Origin: a virus
Taxonomy: Duplodnaviria; Caudoviricetes
Length of the DNA: 33,137 nt
IMG/VR virus record: IMGVR_UViG_3300035322_000174
Span: 1-33,137 of that record
Reading direction: 5' to 3' (one strand)
Of the stretch, positions 16,524-25,817 are shown in pieces. The first letter of the stretch is position 1. Each line of letters opens with the position of its first letter. Both the position numbers and the translations under genes were made by a program. The notes under the pieces are model-generated. The model ran no database searches. It had not been told where the DNA came from and was given only the letters and a program-made list of their open reading frames with translations.

Positions 16524-16733
16524 TTAACTAAAAAATAATGCTTTAGCGTTTCCTGCTATGATCATAAAACACGTTATTATGTGTAGTGCAATCCAAAAAG
16601 TACGGAATGCTAATGCTCTCCGTACTTCTTGTTGGGTGATGGGTAAGAACTCTGGTTTGTCGTCGTCAGTTACACCTATTGGCATACCAACAGTTCTGGC
16701 CCAAAATTTAAGCCATCGCCGCTGACCACTCAT
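16524..16733 (-). CDS. Small membrane protein, hypothetical
   Basis: 69 aa with a C-terminal hydrophobic helix; TAATG coupling to the upstream gene. Confidence 0.65.
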   Translation of the reverse strand: MSGQRRWLKFWARTVGMPIGVTDDDKPEFLPITQQEVRRALAFRTFWIALHIITCFMIIAGNAKALFFS

Positions 16734-16909
16734 TACATTGAGTTCTTCTTTTCAATGATTTCTTTTCTACGATCTTTGGTTAGTTTACCTAAATCGCCAA
16801 GTGCTTTTCTAGCTCTTGTTGCAGCCGCCTTTACACCTTTCTCTTCGAAAGTTGCATGCTCTGCCAAATAGTTATTGTACGCTTGTACAATTTCTTCATG
16901 TGTTGCCAT
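16733..16909 (-). CDS. Histone H1-like (Hc1-family) DNA-binding protein; not in the ORF track
   Basis: 58 aa MATHEEIVQAYNNYLAEHATFEEKGVKAAATRARKALGDLGKLTKDRRKEIIEKKNSM, with the Hc1-like KGxKAAxTRARKA motif. AGGAG SD, TAAATA at 16939-16944, stop overlaps the next ATG. Confidence 0.8.
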   Translation of the reverse strand: MATHEEIVQAYNNYLAEHATFEEKGVKAAATRARKALGDLGKLTKDRRKEIIEKKNSM

Positions 16910-16977
16910 AATGCTCTCCTGTATTATAGTTACAAATTTATTTAATAGATCTGCGTTTAAGGGGTGTTAAAAGTGGT

Positions 16978-17244
16978 TTAGGCTGGATCGCCAACTTTTA
17001 CGTTGGCACTACCTGTTGCGGCATCGCCACATGTAGCAAGGTCACCTGCATTAACAACAGCAACTCCGCCAATGAATACATTGTTAGAACCTGCTATCAT
17101 AGTTGGTCCGGCATGATCGCCTGACCCGTGACCTTCTACATCGTCGCCGTTAACAATGACTAGTTCGCTATTTGCGAATACAGTTGCTTGGCTCGGAATT
17201 AAATCTCCGCCTGCTGTATCATTGTTACGACTAATACCAGGCAT
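16978..17244 (-). CDS. PAAR-motif baseplate spike-tip protein (T4 gp5.4-like)
   Basis: 88 aa; GDDVEGH...H, GSNNVFIGG, GDLATCG, GSANVKVG (His/His/Cys metal ligands). Confidence 0.8.
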   Translation of the reverse strand: MPGISRNNDTAGGDLIPSQATVFANSELVIVNGDDVEGHGSGDHAGPTMIAGSNNVFIGGVAVVNAGDLATCGDAATGSANVKVGDPA

Positions 17245-17532
17245 CTAAGTTACGATGCCTGTAGTTTGTTCAACATACTGTTTTGAAATTTCTTCAATAG
17301 TCGAGCCTGTTGTCATTACGTTTGTTTGTTTGAACGTCATAACTTGGTCGTTTGTTGTGCTGAACATATAAGGTGCTAGAGCAAGTCCTTGCTGACCCAT
17401 AACAATAGCCATTGGCTTTTTGATGTCATAGCCGCTTTCGCTCTCTGCTTCTAGTCTTCCAATTATTTCTTCGCCTGTTGAGAGTTTTAATGAAATAACA
17501 TCTCCAACAGCGATTGGTTTTTTAAGTAACAT
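17245..17532 (-). CDS. Conserved phage protein, possibly Sm-like fold
   Basis: LKLSTGEEIIG...KKP...LAPYM pattern; the fold assignment is tentative. Confidence 0.6.
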   Translation of the reverse strand: MLLKKPIAVGDVISLKLSTGEEIIGRLEAESESGYDIKKPMAIVMGQQGLALAPYMFSTTNDQVMTFKQTNVMTTGSTIEEISKQYVEQTTGIVT

Positions 17533-17789
17533 TATAATGTGTATCCTGTACCATTGAAGTTGGTGTCTTCAATATATTTTAATAAATCTGTGTAGCCGCC
17601 AATGTTCTCACCATTGATTTGTATTTGCGGTACACTCCTTGCGCCTGGCACAGCCTCTAATAAATCTTCTAACTGTACATCAGTGCCAATCATCTTCACT
17701 TCGTAGTTGATATGCATTGCGTCTAACTTTGCTTTTGCTTTGTCACAAAACGGACATTGCGGTTTGCTCCATACTACAATATTTGTCAT
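17532..17789 (-). CDS. nrdC: Glutaredoxin (RNR reductant)
   Basis: CPFC, SVPQI, IGGYTDL; immediately downstream of nrdB. Confidence 0.9.
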   Translation of the reverse strand: MTNIVVWSKPQCPFCDKAKAKLDAMHINYEVKMIGTDVQLEDLLEAVPGARSVPQIQINGENIGGYTDLLKYIEDTNFNGTGYTL

Positions 17790-18889
17790 AAACTAAATCC
17801 TTTAAGTGACTCTTCACTTACGTCTTGTTTAATACCACCAATAACATAAGACTCTACTTCAGTCTCTTGTGGGGCTACCTGCAAGCCTGAACTACTCAAC
17901 CAATGTGTAGTCCACGGTAATGGGTTAGTGTTTACAGGTTGGTCAAAGATTGCATCTAATCCTAATGCTTTTAATCGTCTGTTAGCAATATACTCTACAT
18001 ACTGATTAAGTAGTGTTGCATTAAGTCCAATCATTGAACCATCTTTAAACAAGTACTCCGCCCATGCCTTTTCTTCTGCTACACAGGTACGCCACATTTC
18101 GTACACTTCTTCTTTACACTCTTTAGCAATCTTAACCATTTGTGGATCGTCTTTGCCGTTAGCCCAGTTCTTAAGAACATGTGTGCTAAGTGCCAAGTGT
18201 TGTGCTTCGTCACGTGCAATTAATGAAATAATCTTTGCTGATCCTTCCATTAGTTTTAATTCGCCAAAACCAAATGTACATGCAAAACTTACATAGAAGC
18301 GAAGTCCTTCTAGGATATTTACATTCATCATAGCCAAGTAGAGCTTCTTTTTGACATCTAGCATACTACCTTCACCGCGATGATTGTAAGCGTCTGCCGC
18401 TTCTGTAAATGCATCATAGTTCTTAGTAACAGCTTCTGCACGTTTAAGAATCTCTTTGTCGTCTAAGATAGTATCAAATACTTCACTTGGGTCTGGATAC
18501 ACATTTTTCATAATATGTGTATACGAACGTGAGTGGATAGTTTCAAAGAAGTCCCAAGTAACAATACAACCTTCTAGCTCAGGCAATGATACATGCGGCA
18601 AAAATGCTAGGCATGGACCACGTCCTTGTACGCTGTCAAGTAATGTTTGATACTTTAAGTTTGCTGTAAAGATATGCTTCTGCTCAGGGCGGAAGTTAGC
18701 ATAGTCTGCTCTATCTTTTTGCAACGAAACTTCTTCTGGTCTCCAAAAGTATCCAAGCATGGTTTGATTTAGTTTATCAAACACAGGAAATTTGAATACA
18801 TCATATCGTTGTGTGTTTTGATCTGCTCCAAAGAACATATTTTGTTTTGTAAAGTCAACCTTATCAGTGTTGAATACTGTTTTTGCCAT
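17786..18889 (-). CDS. nrdB: Ribonucleotide reductase class Ia, beta subunit
   Basis: FWRPEEV, LLDSVQGR, ETIHSRSY (radical Tyr), LEGLRFYVSFAC, RDEAQH, VAPQETE. Confidence 0.97.
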   Translation of the reverse strand: MAKTVFNTDKVDFTKQNMFFGADQNTQRYDVFKFPVFDKLNQTMLGYFWRPEEVSLQKDRADYANFRPEQKHIFTANLKYQTLLDSVQGRGPCLAFLPHVSLPELEGCIVTWDFFETIHSRSYTHIMKNVYPDPSEVFDTILDDKEILKRAEAVTKNYDAFTEAADAYNHRGEGSMLDVKKKLYLAMMNVNILEGLRFYVSFACTFGFGELKLMEGSAKIISLIARDEAQHLALSTHVLKNWANGKDDPQMVKIAKECKEEVYEMWRTCVAEEKAWAEYLFKDGSMIGLNATLLNQYVEYIANRRLKALGLDAIFDQPVNTNPLPWTTHWLSSSGLQVAPQETEVESYVIGGIKQDVSEESLKGFSL

Positions 18890-18916
18890 TTTAAACTTTC
18901 CTTATCCTATGTAGCA

Positions 18917-18945
18917 ATGCTACTATCTTTTCTTTTGTTTGTCAA
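18917..18945 (-). promoter_or_regulatory. Sigma70-like promoter for nrdB
   Basis: TTGACA-N17-TAGCAT in the nrdA-nrdB gap. Confidence 0.55.
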
Positions 18946-18948
18946 CAA

Positions 18949-21246
18949 TTAAATTGCACATGCTTCGCAGGCTTCTTCATCTTCTTCGGCGCCCATGGGT
19001 AATTCTACTTGTGTTTCTTCTTCCAGTTCACTTGGATCTGTTTTGTAATCATAAGTGTTCTGATAGTAACTAGTTTTCCATCCTAACTTGTAGGTGTTTA
19101 GTAAGTCACCAATCATAACACTCATAGGCACTTCATTATTTTCAAAGTGCGTAGGGTTATAACTCCAGTTGCCGCTTATAGCTTGGTCAAAGAACTTCTG
19201 CATCACAGCAACAATATTTATATATCCTGTGTTGTTAGGCATATCCCATAACAAGCTGTAGTGGTTCTTTAGAGTTTGGTATTGGGGAACAATCTGCTTA
19301 AGAGGCCCCTTCTTTGATTTTTTAGTGGACAAGTAGCCTCTAGGTGGTTCGATGCCGTTTGTGGCATTTGACACAACGCTGCTACTCTCCGATGGCATCT
19401 GTGCGGACAATGTCGAGTGTCTAAGTCCGTGTTCCTGTATGCTAGAACGTAGGCTATCCCAATCATAATTTAACTTTCCTTTTACTACATCATCGACATC
19501 TTTCTTGTAAGTATCAATAGGAAGAATGCCGTCGGAGTATTTAGTACGGTTAAAGTATTCACATGCTCCTCGCTCCTGCGCTAAAGTGTTGCTGGCTTTG
19601 AGCAAGTAATACTGAAACGCTTCTGACAAGTCATGTACTAACTTCCATGCTTTAGGATCTTCATACTTAACATGCTGACGAGCTAGATAGTGTGCTAATC
19701 CAATGTAGCCTACACCTAGTGAACGTCTTGCTTTTGTGCTAATTTCTGCCGCTTTAATTGGATACTTTTGATAATCAATAATTTCTTCTAATGCTCTAAC
19801 AGCCAGCTCACATAGTTCTTCTAAGTCGTCTAATGATCTTAGTGTACCTACGTTAATAGCACTAAGGATACACAAAGCAATTTCACCTTCTGGATCATCA
19901 ATGTGTTGTAGTGGCTTTGTTGGCAGAGTAATCTCTTGACACAAGTTACTCATGTATACTGTGTCTTTGAATGAACTGTGTGTATTAGCATGATCCACAT
20001 TCATAATGTAGATACGTCCTGTTTCAGCACGTTCTTTTACTAATGCACTAAACAATTCCATTGCAGGAATAGTTTTCTTTTTAATGCTTGTAGCACGTTC
20101 ATACTTTTCATAAAGCTCTTTAAACTTGTCTGCATCACCAAAGTATGCTTCGTACAAACCTGGTACGTCATGTGGTGAGAAAAGAGTTATTTCGCCGCCG
20201 GATAACAACCTTTCATACATAGTTTTGTTTAACTGTATGCTGTAGTCTAGTTTACGTACACGGTTATCTTCTGTACCTTTGTTGTTCTTTAGTACAAGGA
20301 TGTCTTCAATCTCTTGATGCCAAAACGGGAAGTGTGTAGTAGCACTACCGCCACGTACCCCATTCTGTGTACAACAACGTACTGTGCTTTCAAACTTCTT
20401 TAGGAAAGGAATGATACCAGTGTGCGCCACTTCTCCGCCACGTATCTTTGCGTTGACTCCGCGAATCCTACCAGCATTGATGCCAATGCCTGCACGTTGA
20501 GCTGTATAGCGGCCAATAGCCATATCACTAGCAAAGATGCTGTCAAGAGTATCATCACTGTCAACAAGAACACAACTTGCAAACTGGCGTACAGGGGTCC
20601 TGACACCTGCCATGACTGGGGTTGGGATATTGATTTTAAATAGTGAGGTCGCATCGTAGTATCTCCTTACGTAGTGCATACGTGTTTCTGCTGGATAGTT
20701 AGCAAACAGTGTTGCCGCAATCATCATATACATAAACTGAGGAGTTTCAAATATTTGTCCATTAGAACGATCCTGGCAAAGGTATTTGTCAACTACTTGA
20801 CGTAGCCCTGCATAGGTAAAGTTTTCATCACGTTTATGTTTTATGTAACTATCAAGTGTAGCAATTTCATCTGCTGTATACTTTTCAAGTATCTCAGGAT
20901 CATATACTTTACGCTCGATATTAAGTTCTATGTTTTTTTGTAGTGTAATTGCATTGTACTCGCCGAATACATCTTTGTTTACACCATAGCTTAATAGTCT
21001 TGCCGCGGCATACTGATAATTTGGATTATCCAAACTAATCAAATCATTAGCACTTCTTACTAAAATTTCTTGTATGTCACTTGTTGGCATGCCATCATAA
21101 AATTGTAAATTAGCATTCATTTCAATTTGACTACTACTTACACCAGCTAAACCTTCACAAGCAAATTCTACTACCTTGTGTATTTTATCAATGTTGATTG
21201 GTTCTTTTTTGCCGGATCGTTTTACGATTTGAATCCCGTTGGACAT
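18949..21246 (-). CDS. nrdA: Ribonucleotide reductase class Ia, alpha subunit
   Basis: Start moved to ATG 21246 (GAGGAG SD). ATP-cone IVKRSG, QFASCVL, SNLCQEI, TSYYQ, C-terminal CEAC. No intron or intein apparent. Confidence 0.97.
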   Translation of the reverse strand: MSNGIQIVKRSGKKEPINIDKIHKVVEFACEGLAGVSSSQIEMNANLQFYDGMPTSDIQEILVRSANDLISLDNPNYQYAAARLLSYGVNKDVFGEYNAITLQKNIELNIERKVYDPEILEKYTADEIATLDSYIKHKRDENFTYAGLRQVVDKYLCQDRSNGQIFETPQFMYMMIAATLFANYPAETRMHYVRRYYDATSLFKINIPTPVMAGVRTPVRQFASCVLVDSDDTLDSIFASDMAIGRYTAQRAGIGINAGRIRGVNAKIRGGEVAHTGIIPFLKKFESTVRCCTQNGVRGGSATTHFPFWHQEIEDILVLKNNKGTEDNRVRKLDYSIQLNKTMYERLLSGGEITLFSPHDVPGLYEAYFGDADKFKELYEKYERATSIKKKTIPAMELFSALVKERAETGRIYIMNVDHANTHSSFKDTVYMSNLCQEITLPTKPLQHIDDPEGEIALCILSAINVGTLRSLDDLEELCELAVRALEEIIDYQKYPIKAAEISTKARRSLGVGYIGLAHYLARQHVKYEDPKAWKLVHDLSEAFQYYLLKASNTLAQERGACEYFNRTKYSDGILPIDTYKKDVDDVVKGKLNYDWDSLRSSIQEHGLRHSTLSAQMPSESSSVVSNATNGIEPPRGYLSTKKSKKGPLKQIVPQYQTLKNHYSLLWDMPNNTGYINIVAVMQKFFDQAISGNWSYNPTHFENNEVPMSVMIGDLLNTYKLGWKTSYYQNTYDYKTDPSELEEETQVELPMGAEEDEEACEACAI

Positions 21247-21282
21247 ATTGTTCTCCTCTATCATTCCTATTAAGTTTTATAT

Positions 21283-21708
21283 TTATTGCAACCCAGACAT
21301 GTGATACTCACGTTGCGAAATTATTGTTTCTGGAAGATCAGACTTGGCAATATGAGTGTCTGGTTCATAGCCAATTATCCTATCTTCGATTAGTAGTAGA
21401 TAGTAAGTTTCGTTGTCTTCCCTATCTGTACAGATATGTATCTCTGCAGGAGCCTGTTTAAAGCGGTCTGTTAACTGTAGTGAATAACACATTCCTAATA
21501 CAGTACAGAAGGAACAATATTGATTCTCAGAAATCAGTTCCCAAGGTTGAGGCCATATTTTTTGATCCCAAGGGTCAGTATGAATACTAACTTGAGGCAC
21601 ACTTTGATACGTGTCAATTGTGTACTGTAGGGGATCTGGGTGGCTTTCTAACTCTTGTCTGAAGTCATGCCAGGCCTGGAGTCTTACTGAATATTTTTCA
21701 CCAAACAT
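21283..21708 (-). CDS. Hypothetical protein
   Basis: 141 aa, WPQPWELI motif; directly follows the tail protein gene. Confidence 0.7.
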   Translation of the reverse strand: MFGEKYSVRLQAWHDFRQELESHPDPLQYTIDTYQSVPQVSIHTDPWDQKIWPQPWELISENQYCSFCTVLGMCYSLQLTDRFKQAPAEIHICTDREDNETYYLLLIEDRIIGYEPDTHIAKSDLPETIISQREYHMSGLQ

Positions 21709-21713
21709 TAAAC

Positions 21714-23315
21714 TTAACTTCGTGTACGTATTTTAAAAGTTAAATTTCCTGAGTCTAATTGGTTAGTATATTTCACCTGAGCACTCCATGCAGATTCTAA
21801 CTGGTTTAATGTTGCACTAAATTCTAGGCTTTGGCCTAAACTATCTAGTCCGCTAATATCATAATCATCCATAACGCTTACGCTATTGTTCTCTCTATTT
21901 ACTAGTACAGTTAAAGTACCTGATCTAGAAAACACAATGCCAGCTCTGTCTGTCTTATACCAGTAGTCAATGTCAAATGACTTACTTGTATCAGCGGGCA
22001 ACCTAAACAAGAGTTGAGGTGTACCTATTTGGCTTAGTTCAACTTGCTCAGTATATTCGTGTTCATAGAACGCGGGTCCTTCAACCTCAGGTATATATGG
22101 CTTGTTAACTATATACGCCTGATTAATACTAAGATTATACGTTCTATCGAACTCATTGTCAACTGAAATGTTGCCTGATTCGCCAAATTTTATTATACTG
22201 TGAGCAACAGTTGATTCACTACCGCCATTGTTGCCCACACTAGGACCAAATCTATTATTGATGCTAGAGTTTCGTGTGCCGTTTGCAATATGTATTGCTT
22301 GTTGCTCAACGTTTTCAAAATAACATTCTCTAATGTTATTGTCGGTAGCGTTTGATTGACCAATAGTAGGTGTTACACCTAGCTCAATGGCCTTTGTAAT
22401 GCCATAGAACTTACATGAGTCTATCTCATTACGTGAAATATTATGATTACTAACTATTGCTTTACCAATGTTAACAAACTCACAGTCAATAAATCTATTA
22501 AACTCTGATCTTACAGCGTCACTCTTGCTTCTAATTACTATAGCAGGGTTTGTTGTAGTTGCTGTTAGTTTGTTTGCTTGGAATTGTACGTTGACGAAAC
22601 GACTGTCACGGCAACTATTAAGTTGCAACAGTGTACCATCATTGCTTTCTGTTTGTAAAGTACAGTCTCTAAATTCAATATATCTTGAACTGTTTGCATA
22701 TGTTATTGTTGGGTCATCGTAGACTACAGCAGTATTAACAACACCATCATATGTTGAGTCGCTTGCGATTGTTTTAAACATTGTAAAATCGCCTGTCTTA
22801 ATAAAGATAGTTTTGTCTTTACCTGCACCAGCAATAGTTGCAAAAGGAGGAATATTAATTGTAGAACTTATTCTGTAAGTTCCTGGTTCCACATGTAGTA
22901 TTACTCTGCTCTGTGGATTGTTTCTTGTTGTAGGCTTTAGATAAAGTTCGTACAGTGCCTTTTGAAGTGCTACAGTAACATCTGATCCGTCACCTGCACA
23001 ACCAAATGAACGTACACTTACTATGTCATCTAGTCTTGCATTAAGAGTACGCTCAACAGCAATACCTTCGCCAGTATCAATGGAGCCTTTCTTATATGCA
23101 TAGGTGCCGACAAGTTCGAATATGTCATCATGTTCTGTTAGTATCTTTGAATTACCAACAGCAGGAGCGCCTTCTGCTACAGAACCGTTACCAATGTAAA
23201 GTTCTTGTTCGTCAACAGCCCAGCCAAATTCACCACCAGCAAGTTGTGGGATTCCTGATCCTTGATTTGCTTGTCCCCTACGGACTTGAATACGACTGAT
23301 TTGTACTACGGCCAC
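21714..23315 (-). CDS. Virion tail fibre/spike-like protein with pectin-lyase-like beta-helix
   Basis: N-terminal RIQVRRG...LAGGEFGWAVDEQELYIGNG (fibre attachment-type motif), VSVRSFGCAGDG...ALQKAL...PGTY (beta-helix entry) and Asn-rich rungs. AGGAG SD; TAAATA at 23345-23350. Confidence 0.75.
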   Translation of the reverse strand: MAVVQISRIQVRRGQANQGSGIPQLAGGEFGWAVDEQELYIGNGSVAEGAPAVGNSKILTEHDDIFELVGTYAYKKGSIDTGEGIAVERTLNARLDDIVSVRSFGCAGDGSDVTVALQKALYELYLKPTTRNNPQSRVILHVEPGTYRISSTINIPPFATIAGAGKDKTIFIKTGDFTMFKTIASDSTYDGVVNTAVVYDDPTITYANSSRYIEFRDCTLQTESNDGTLLQLNSCRDSRFVNVQFQANKLTATTTNPAIVIRSKSDAVRSEFNRFIDCEFVNIGKAIVSNHNISRNEIDSCKFYGITKAIELGVTPTIGQSNATDNNIRECYFENVEQQAIHIANGTRNSSINNRFGPSVGNNGGSESTVAHSIIKFGESGNISVDNEFDRTYNLSINQAYIVNKPYIPEVEGPAFYEHEYTEQVELSQIGTPQLLFRLPADTSKSFDIDYWYKTDRAGIVFSRSGTLTVLVNRENNSVSVMDDYDISGLDSLGQSLEFSATLNQLESAWSAQVKYTNQLDSGNLTFKIRTRS

Positions 23316-23347
23316 TATGTTCTCCTAAGTTTTCCTCTACAATGTAT

Positions 23348-24028
23348 TTATGCTTGTTTCTCATAATACATTTCACAACGCTTCCACCACTCTTGAGCCC
23401 AATCGTCAAACTCGTCTGGCCATATATCAAACTGTTGATATTCTAAGTCACGTGAACACATAAACACATGTCCTTCACGTATGTCTGTGCCGTGTACTTC
23501 GTTGTGTGCTAGAGCATATGCTGTTAACTGTAGATAGTAGTCATACACCCATTCAGGTTTCTTAGGTTTGTTAGTTTGTTTGAAATCCATTATGCATGGC
23601 TGTCCTTTGTATTGTCCTACAAGGTCAGTTGTTCCTGCATAGATGCCAGGTACATATAAAGGAACTTCTGATCCCCATATCTCATCTACATCGCCCATTG
23701 CTTCGTCACGTATAACACTTGCCATTGCATGAGCTTTTTGTGCATAAGGATTACTACCACAAGTAGGCCATTCGCCAAACTCTATATAGTCCTCAAGGTA
23801 TTTGTGCATACGTGTACCCACGCCTGCAGCTTCGGTTACAATCTCTTGTGCTTTTGCTTCACCTACACGCTTGCGCCAAGCAATCAAGTGCGACTTATCT
23901 TTTGTTGCATCTAAGATAGTTGTTACACTTGCTACTGGTACACCGCCAGGTGCGGCATACTTACGTTTGCCGTTGACTTCAACTCGCTTGAGTCTTTCGT
24001 ATTTGTATTTTTCGATGATTAGTGACAT
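23348..24028 (-). CDS. PD-(D/E)XK exonuclease (lambda-exo/Cas4-like superfamily)
   Basis: SVTTIL, GTRMHKYLE, AGTTDL, DFKQT, QLTAYA. Confidence 0.88.
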   Translation of the reverse strand: MSLIIEKYKYERLKRVEVNGKRKYAAPGGVPVASVTTILDATKDKSHLIAWRKRVGEAKAQEIVTEAAGVGTRMHKYLEDYIEFGEWPTCGSNPYAQKAHAMASVIRDEAMGDVDEIWGSEVPLYVPGIYAGTTDLVGQYKGQPCIMDFKQTNKPKKPEWVYDYYLQLTAYALAHNEVHGTDIREGHVFMCSRDLEYQQFDIWPDEFDDWAQEWWKRCEMYYEKQA

Positions 24029-24047
24029 TAATAGGTTCCTTTAGAGT

Positions 24048-24076
24048 ATTGTACTACAATAACTATGGAATGTCAA
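24048..24076 (-). promoter_or_regulatory. Sigma70-like promoter for the exonuclease
   Basis: TTGACA-N17-TACAAT. The -10 lies within the palindrome TATTGTA-G-TACAATA. Confidence 0.75.
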
Positions 24077-24077
24077 C

Positions 24078-24389
24078 CTATAAGTCGCTTAGATCAGTTG
24101 CTCTTTTTGCCATGTCGCCTACTGTGTCAGTAGAGCTTGGTTCAGTGCTACCCAGTTGATCCATTGAGCTATCATTAATAGTTACCCCATTGGGGTCAAA
24201 CTTAACTAGCTTCTGGAGTTGTGGATTAGAATCGTATGTTTCTTTGAATGTGTTGTAATCAAACTGTGGAACGCCTGCTTTTTTCATATAGCCGTTGAGT
24301 TTATCCCAACTAACAGTTGTTCCAGGTTTAATTGTTTTGATAATTTGTACTAAGGTACCAGACTCGTCTAAGGCTTCAGCTATTTGAGC
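24078..24389 (-). CDS. Hypothetical domain, probably the -1 frameshift extension of the upstream gene (or a 69-aa ORF from ATG 24287)
   Basis: The frame is open from 24413 to 24078, with no ATG/GTG/TTG in the 42 codons before 24287. It overlaps the A9G run at the end of the upstream ORF. Confidence 0.6.
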   Translation of the reverse strand, partial: AQIAEALDESGTLVQIIKTIKPGTTVSWDKLNGYMKKAGVPQFDYNTFKETYDSNPQLQKLVKFDPNGVTINDSSMDQLGSTEPSSTDTVGDMAKRATDLSDL

Positions 24390-25138
24390 TTTTTTTTTGA
24401 ACGCTCTACACTTTCACGCTTTTCACGACCAGCTTCTTCTTCTCCGCCTGCCGCAGCATCGTCTGCACCAAAGTCATCGCCCATGTCCATGTCCATGTCG
24501 TCTGCTGGTGCTTCCGCATCCATATCCATATCGTCTGTTGGTTCCATGTCACCCATGTCACCCATCTCGTCGCCCATAGGTTCTTCAGCGCCGCCTTCAC
24601 CTGTTAGTTGTCCAACACCATTTGTTAGTGCAACACGAGTAGTTTCCATTACTTCGTACATTTGCTCTAGTGCAGGCTTAACAGTATTTACAAATGACTC
24701 GCTTTGCTCACTACCCATTTCGTCACGGATAGCATCTGCTAGTTCAAGCATTGATTCTGTTTGCATTTCTGCTGTGTCTTCCATCCAACCTGTTACACGG
24801 TCTACCATGTCTTTGGCTGCCATTACTAATTCTGCTTTATCTTCTTCGCCTTCAGTAATAGTTGCTTCAAGTACAGGCTCGTCAATGTCACCTCTTTCAG
24901 AAATTTCAGCGTTAAGAACATCTAGGAAAAGTTTTGATTTTTGATACGCTGTTGTTTGAGTTGAATTGAAACTTTCTTTTGTTTCTACTTGACTTAGTTG
25001 TGTTCTAAGTTTGTTCTGAGCATCTTGTAATTGCCCAAGTGTAAATTCTTCTAAGTTTAGACGCTGGCCAAACTTCTTAGCAAGACTTTCATTTAAAGCC
25101 TTTGCTGTAATTGGTTTTGAAATTTCTCTTATGTTCAT
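24380..25138 (-). CDS. Acidic helical protein, candidate prohead core/scaffold or internal head protein
   Basis: MNIREI N-terminus, several L/I-x-E sites, Met/Asp-rich linker; tandem TAAATA at 25170-25179. Confidence 0.6.
   Translation of the reverse strand: MNIREISKPITAKALNESLAKKFGQRLNLEEFTLGQLQDAQNKLRTQLSQVETKESFNSTQTTAYQKSKLFLDVLNAEISERGDIDEPVLEATITEGEEDKAELVMAAKDMVDRVTGWMEDTAEMQTESMLELADAIRDEMGSEQSESFVNTVKPALEQMYEVMETTRVALTNGVGQLTGEGGAEEPMGDEMGDMGDMEPTDDMDMDAEAPADDMDMDMGDDFGADDAAAGGEEEAGREKRESVERSKKKLK
24470..24580 (-). repeat. Low-complexity Met/Asp/Gly coding repeat
   Basis: GACATG-type hexamer and 9-mer repeats encoding MGDEMGDMGDM...DDMDMD...DDMDMDMGDD. Confidence 0.7.
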
Positions 25139-25183
25139 TGTTCAACTTTCCTATGTGTTGTTCTTTGTATATTTATTTATCTC

Positions 25184-25624
25184 TTAATACAATATAATGT
25201 CATCCAGTTGCGACTTTATGTCTCTTGCTATACTATAACTTATGTCAAATCTAGTTGATAACACATCATATTTGATATCGTCTTTTGTAACTTTCATGTT
25301 GTGATTGTAAAATACACAATCTTGATAGTGTTTGCTTAGTATATCATCTAATCTATTTACTGTAGCACACAAACGATCTACGTTTTCTTCATCATTTGCA
25401 CTAGCATTTACTTTTGCATATGCTACCGCACTAGTCTTTGCAAAGAACTTGCCTACTTGGCTGTTCTCTTTGCTGTCATACACTAGCCATGCTCTTGCAC
25501 GTTTGCTATATCTTATAATGTAGTTCTTGATACGTATACTGTTACCATTCACTATAGGAAGTGGGTAATCATGTATTTTACTGTTGATTAAACTTTCAAG
25601 CCTACTAGCCAGTTCCGAAGTCAT
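25184..25624 (-). CDS. Hypothetical protein
   Basis: 146-aa ORF in the operon. Confidence 0.7.
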   Translation of the reverse strand: MTSELASRLESLINSKIHDYPLPIVNGNSIRIKNYIIRYSKRARAWLVYDSKENSQVGKFFAKTSAVAYAKVNASANDEENVDRLCATVNRLDDILSKHYQDCVFYNHNMKVTKDDIKYDVLSTRFDISYSIARDIKSQLDDIILY

Positions 25625-25817
25625 TTTGCACCACCATTACAATATTGTCTTTCAGTATTTTACTTACTAGACTTTTCCTTATCAAGTTCTCAATTATGAC
25701 TTGTTCTCTAGGAGAAAAGCCTTGTAAAGGTTGCACAGGATTTACTTTTTCTAATACCTCTGCTTCCTCGTTTGAAAGAGCTATACTAAAACTCTTTATT
25801 AACTCGTTTAATTTCAC
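25605..25817 (-). CDS. Hypothetical protein (small, winged-helix-like pattern)
   Basis: GTGA overlap with the upstream stop; SNEE...REQVIIENLIRKSLV. Confidence 0.65.
   Translation of the reverse strand: MKLNELIKSFSIALSNEEAEVLEKVNPVQPLQGFSPREQVIIENLIRKSLVSKILKDNIVMVVQNDFGTG

Noticed and set aside
16978-17244. PAAR gene as evidence of a bacterial type VI secretion locus
   Set aside because: No T6SS genes are nearby; in this context it matches a myophage baseplate spike tip.
17786-21246. Introns, inteins or homing endonucleases in nrdA/nrdB
   Set aside because: Both ORFs are continuous and of normal class Ia length, and the 59-nt gap between them holds only a promoter and SD.
23348-24028. cas4 of a CRISPR-Cas system
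   Set aside because: No Fe-S cysteine set, no other cas genes and no repeat-spacer array; it is a stand-alone phage exonuclease.
24285-24382. TAG read-through or alternative genetic code linking the 252-aa ORF to the next ORF
   Set aside because: The downstream ORF is in a different frame, the same frame has more TAG and TGA stops, and TAG is used as a normal stop for several conserved genes (guaC, rpsU, pcyX).
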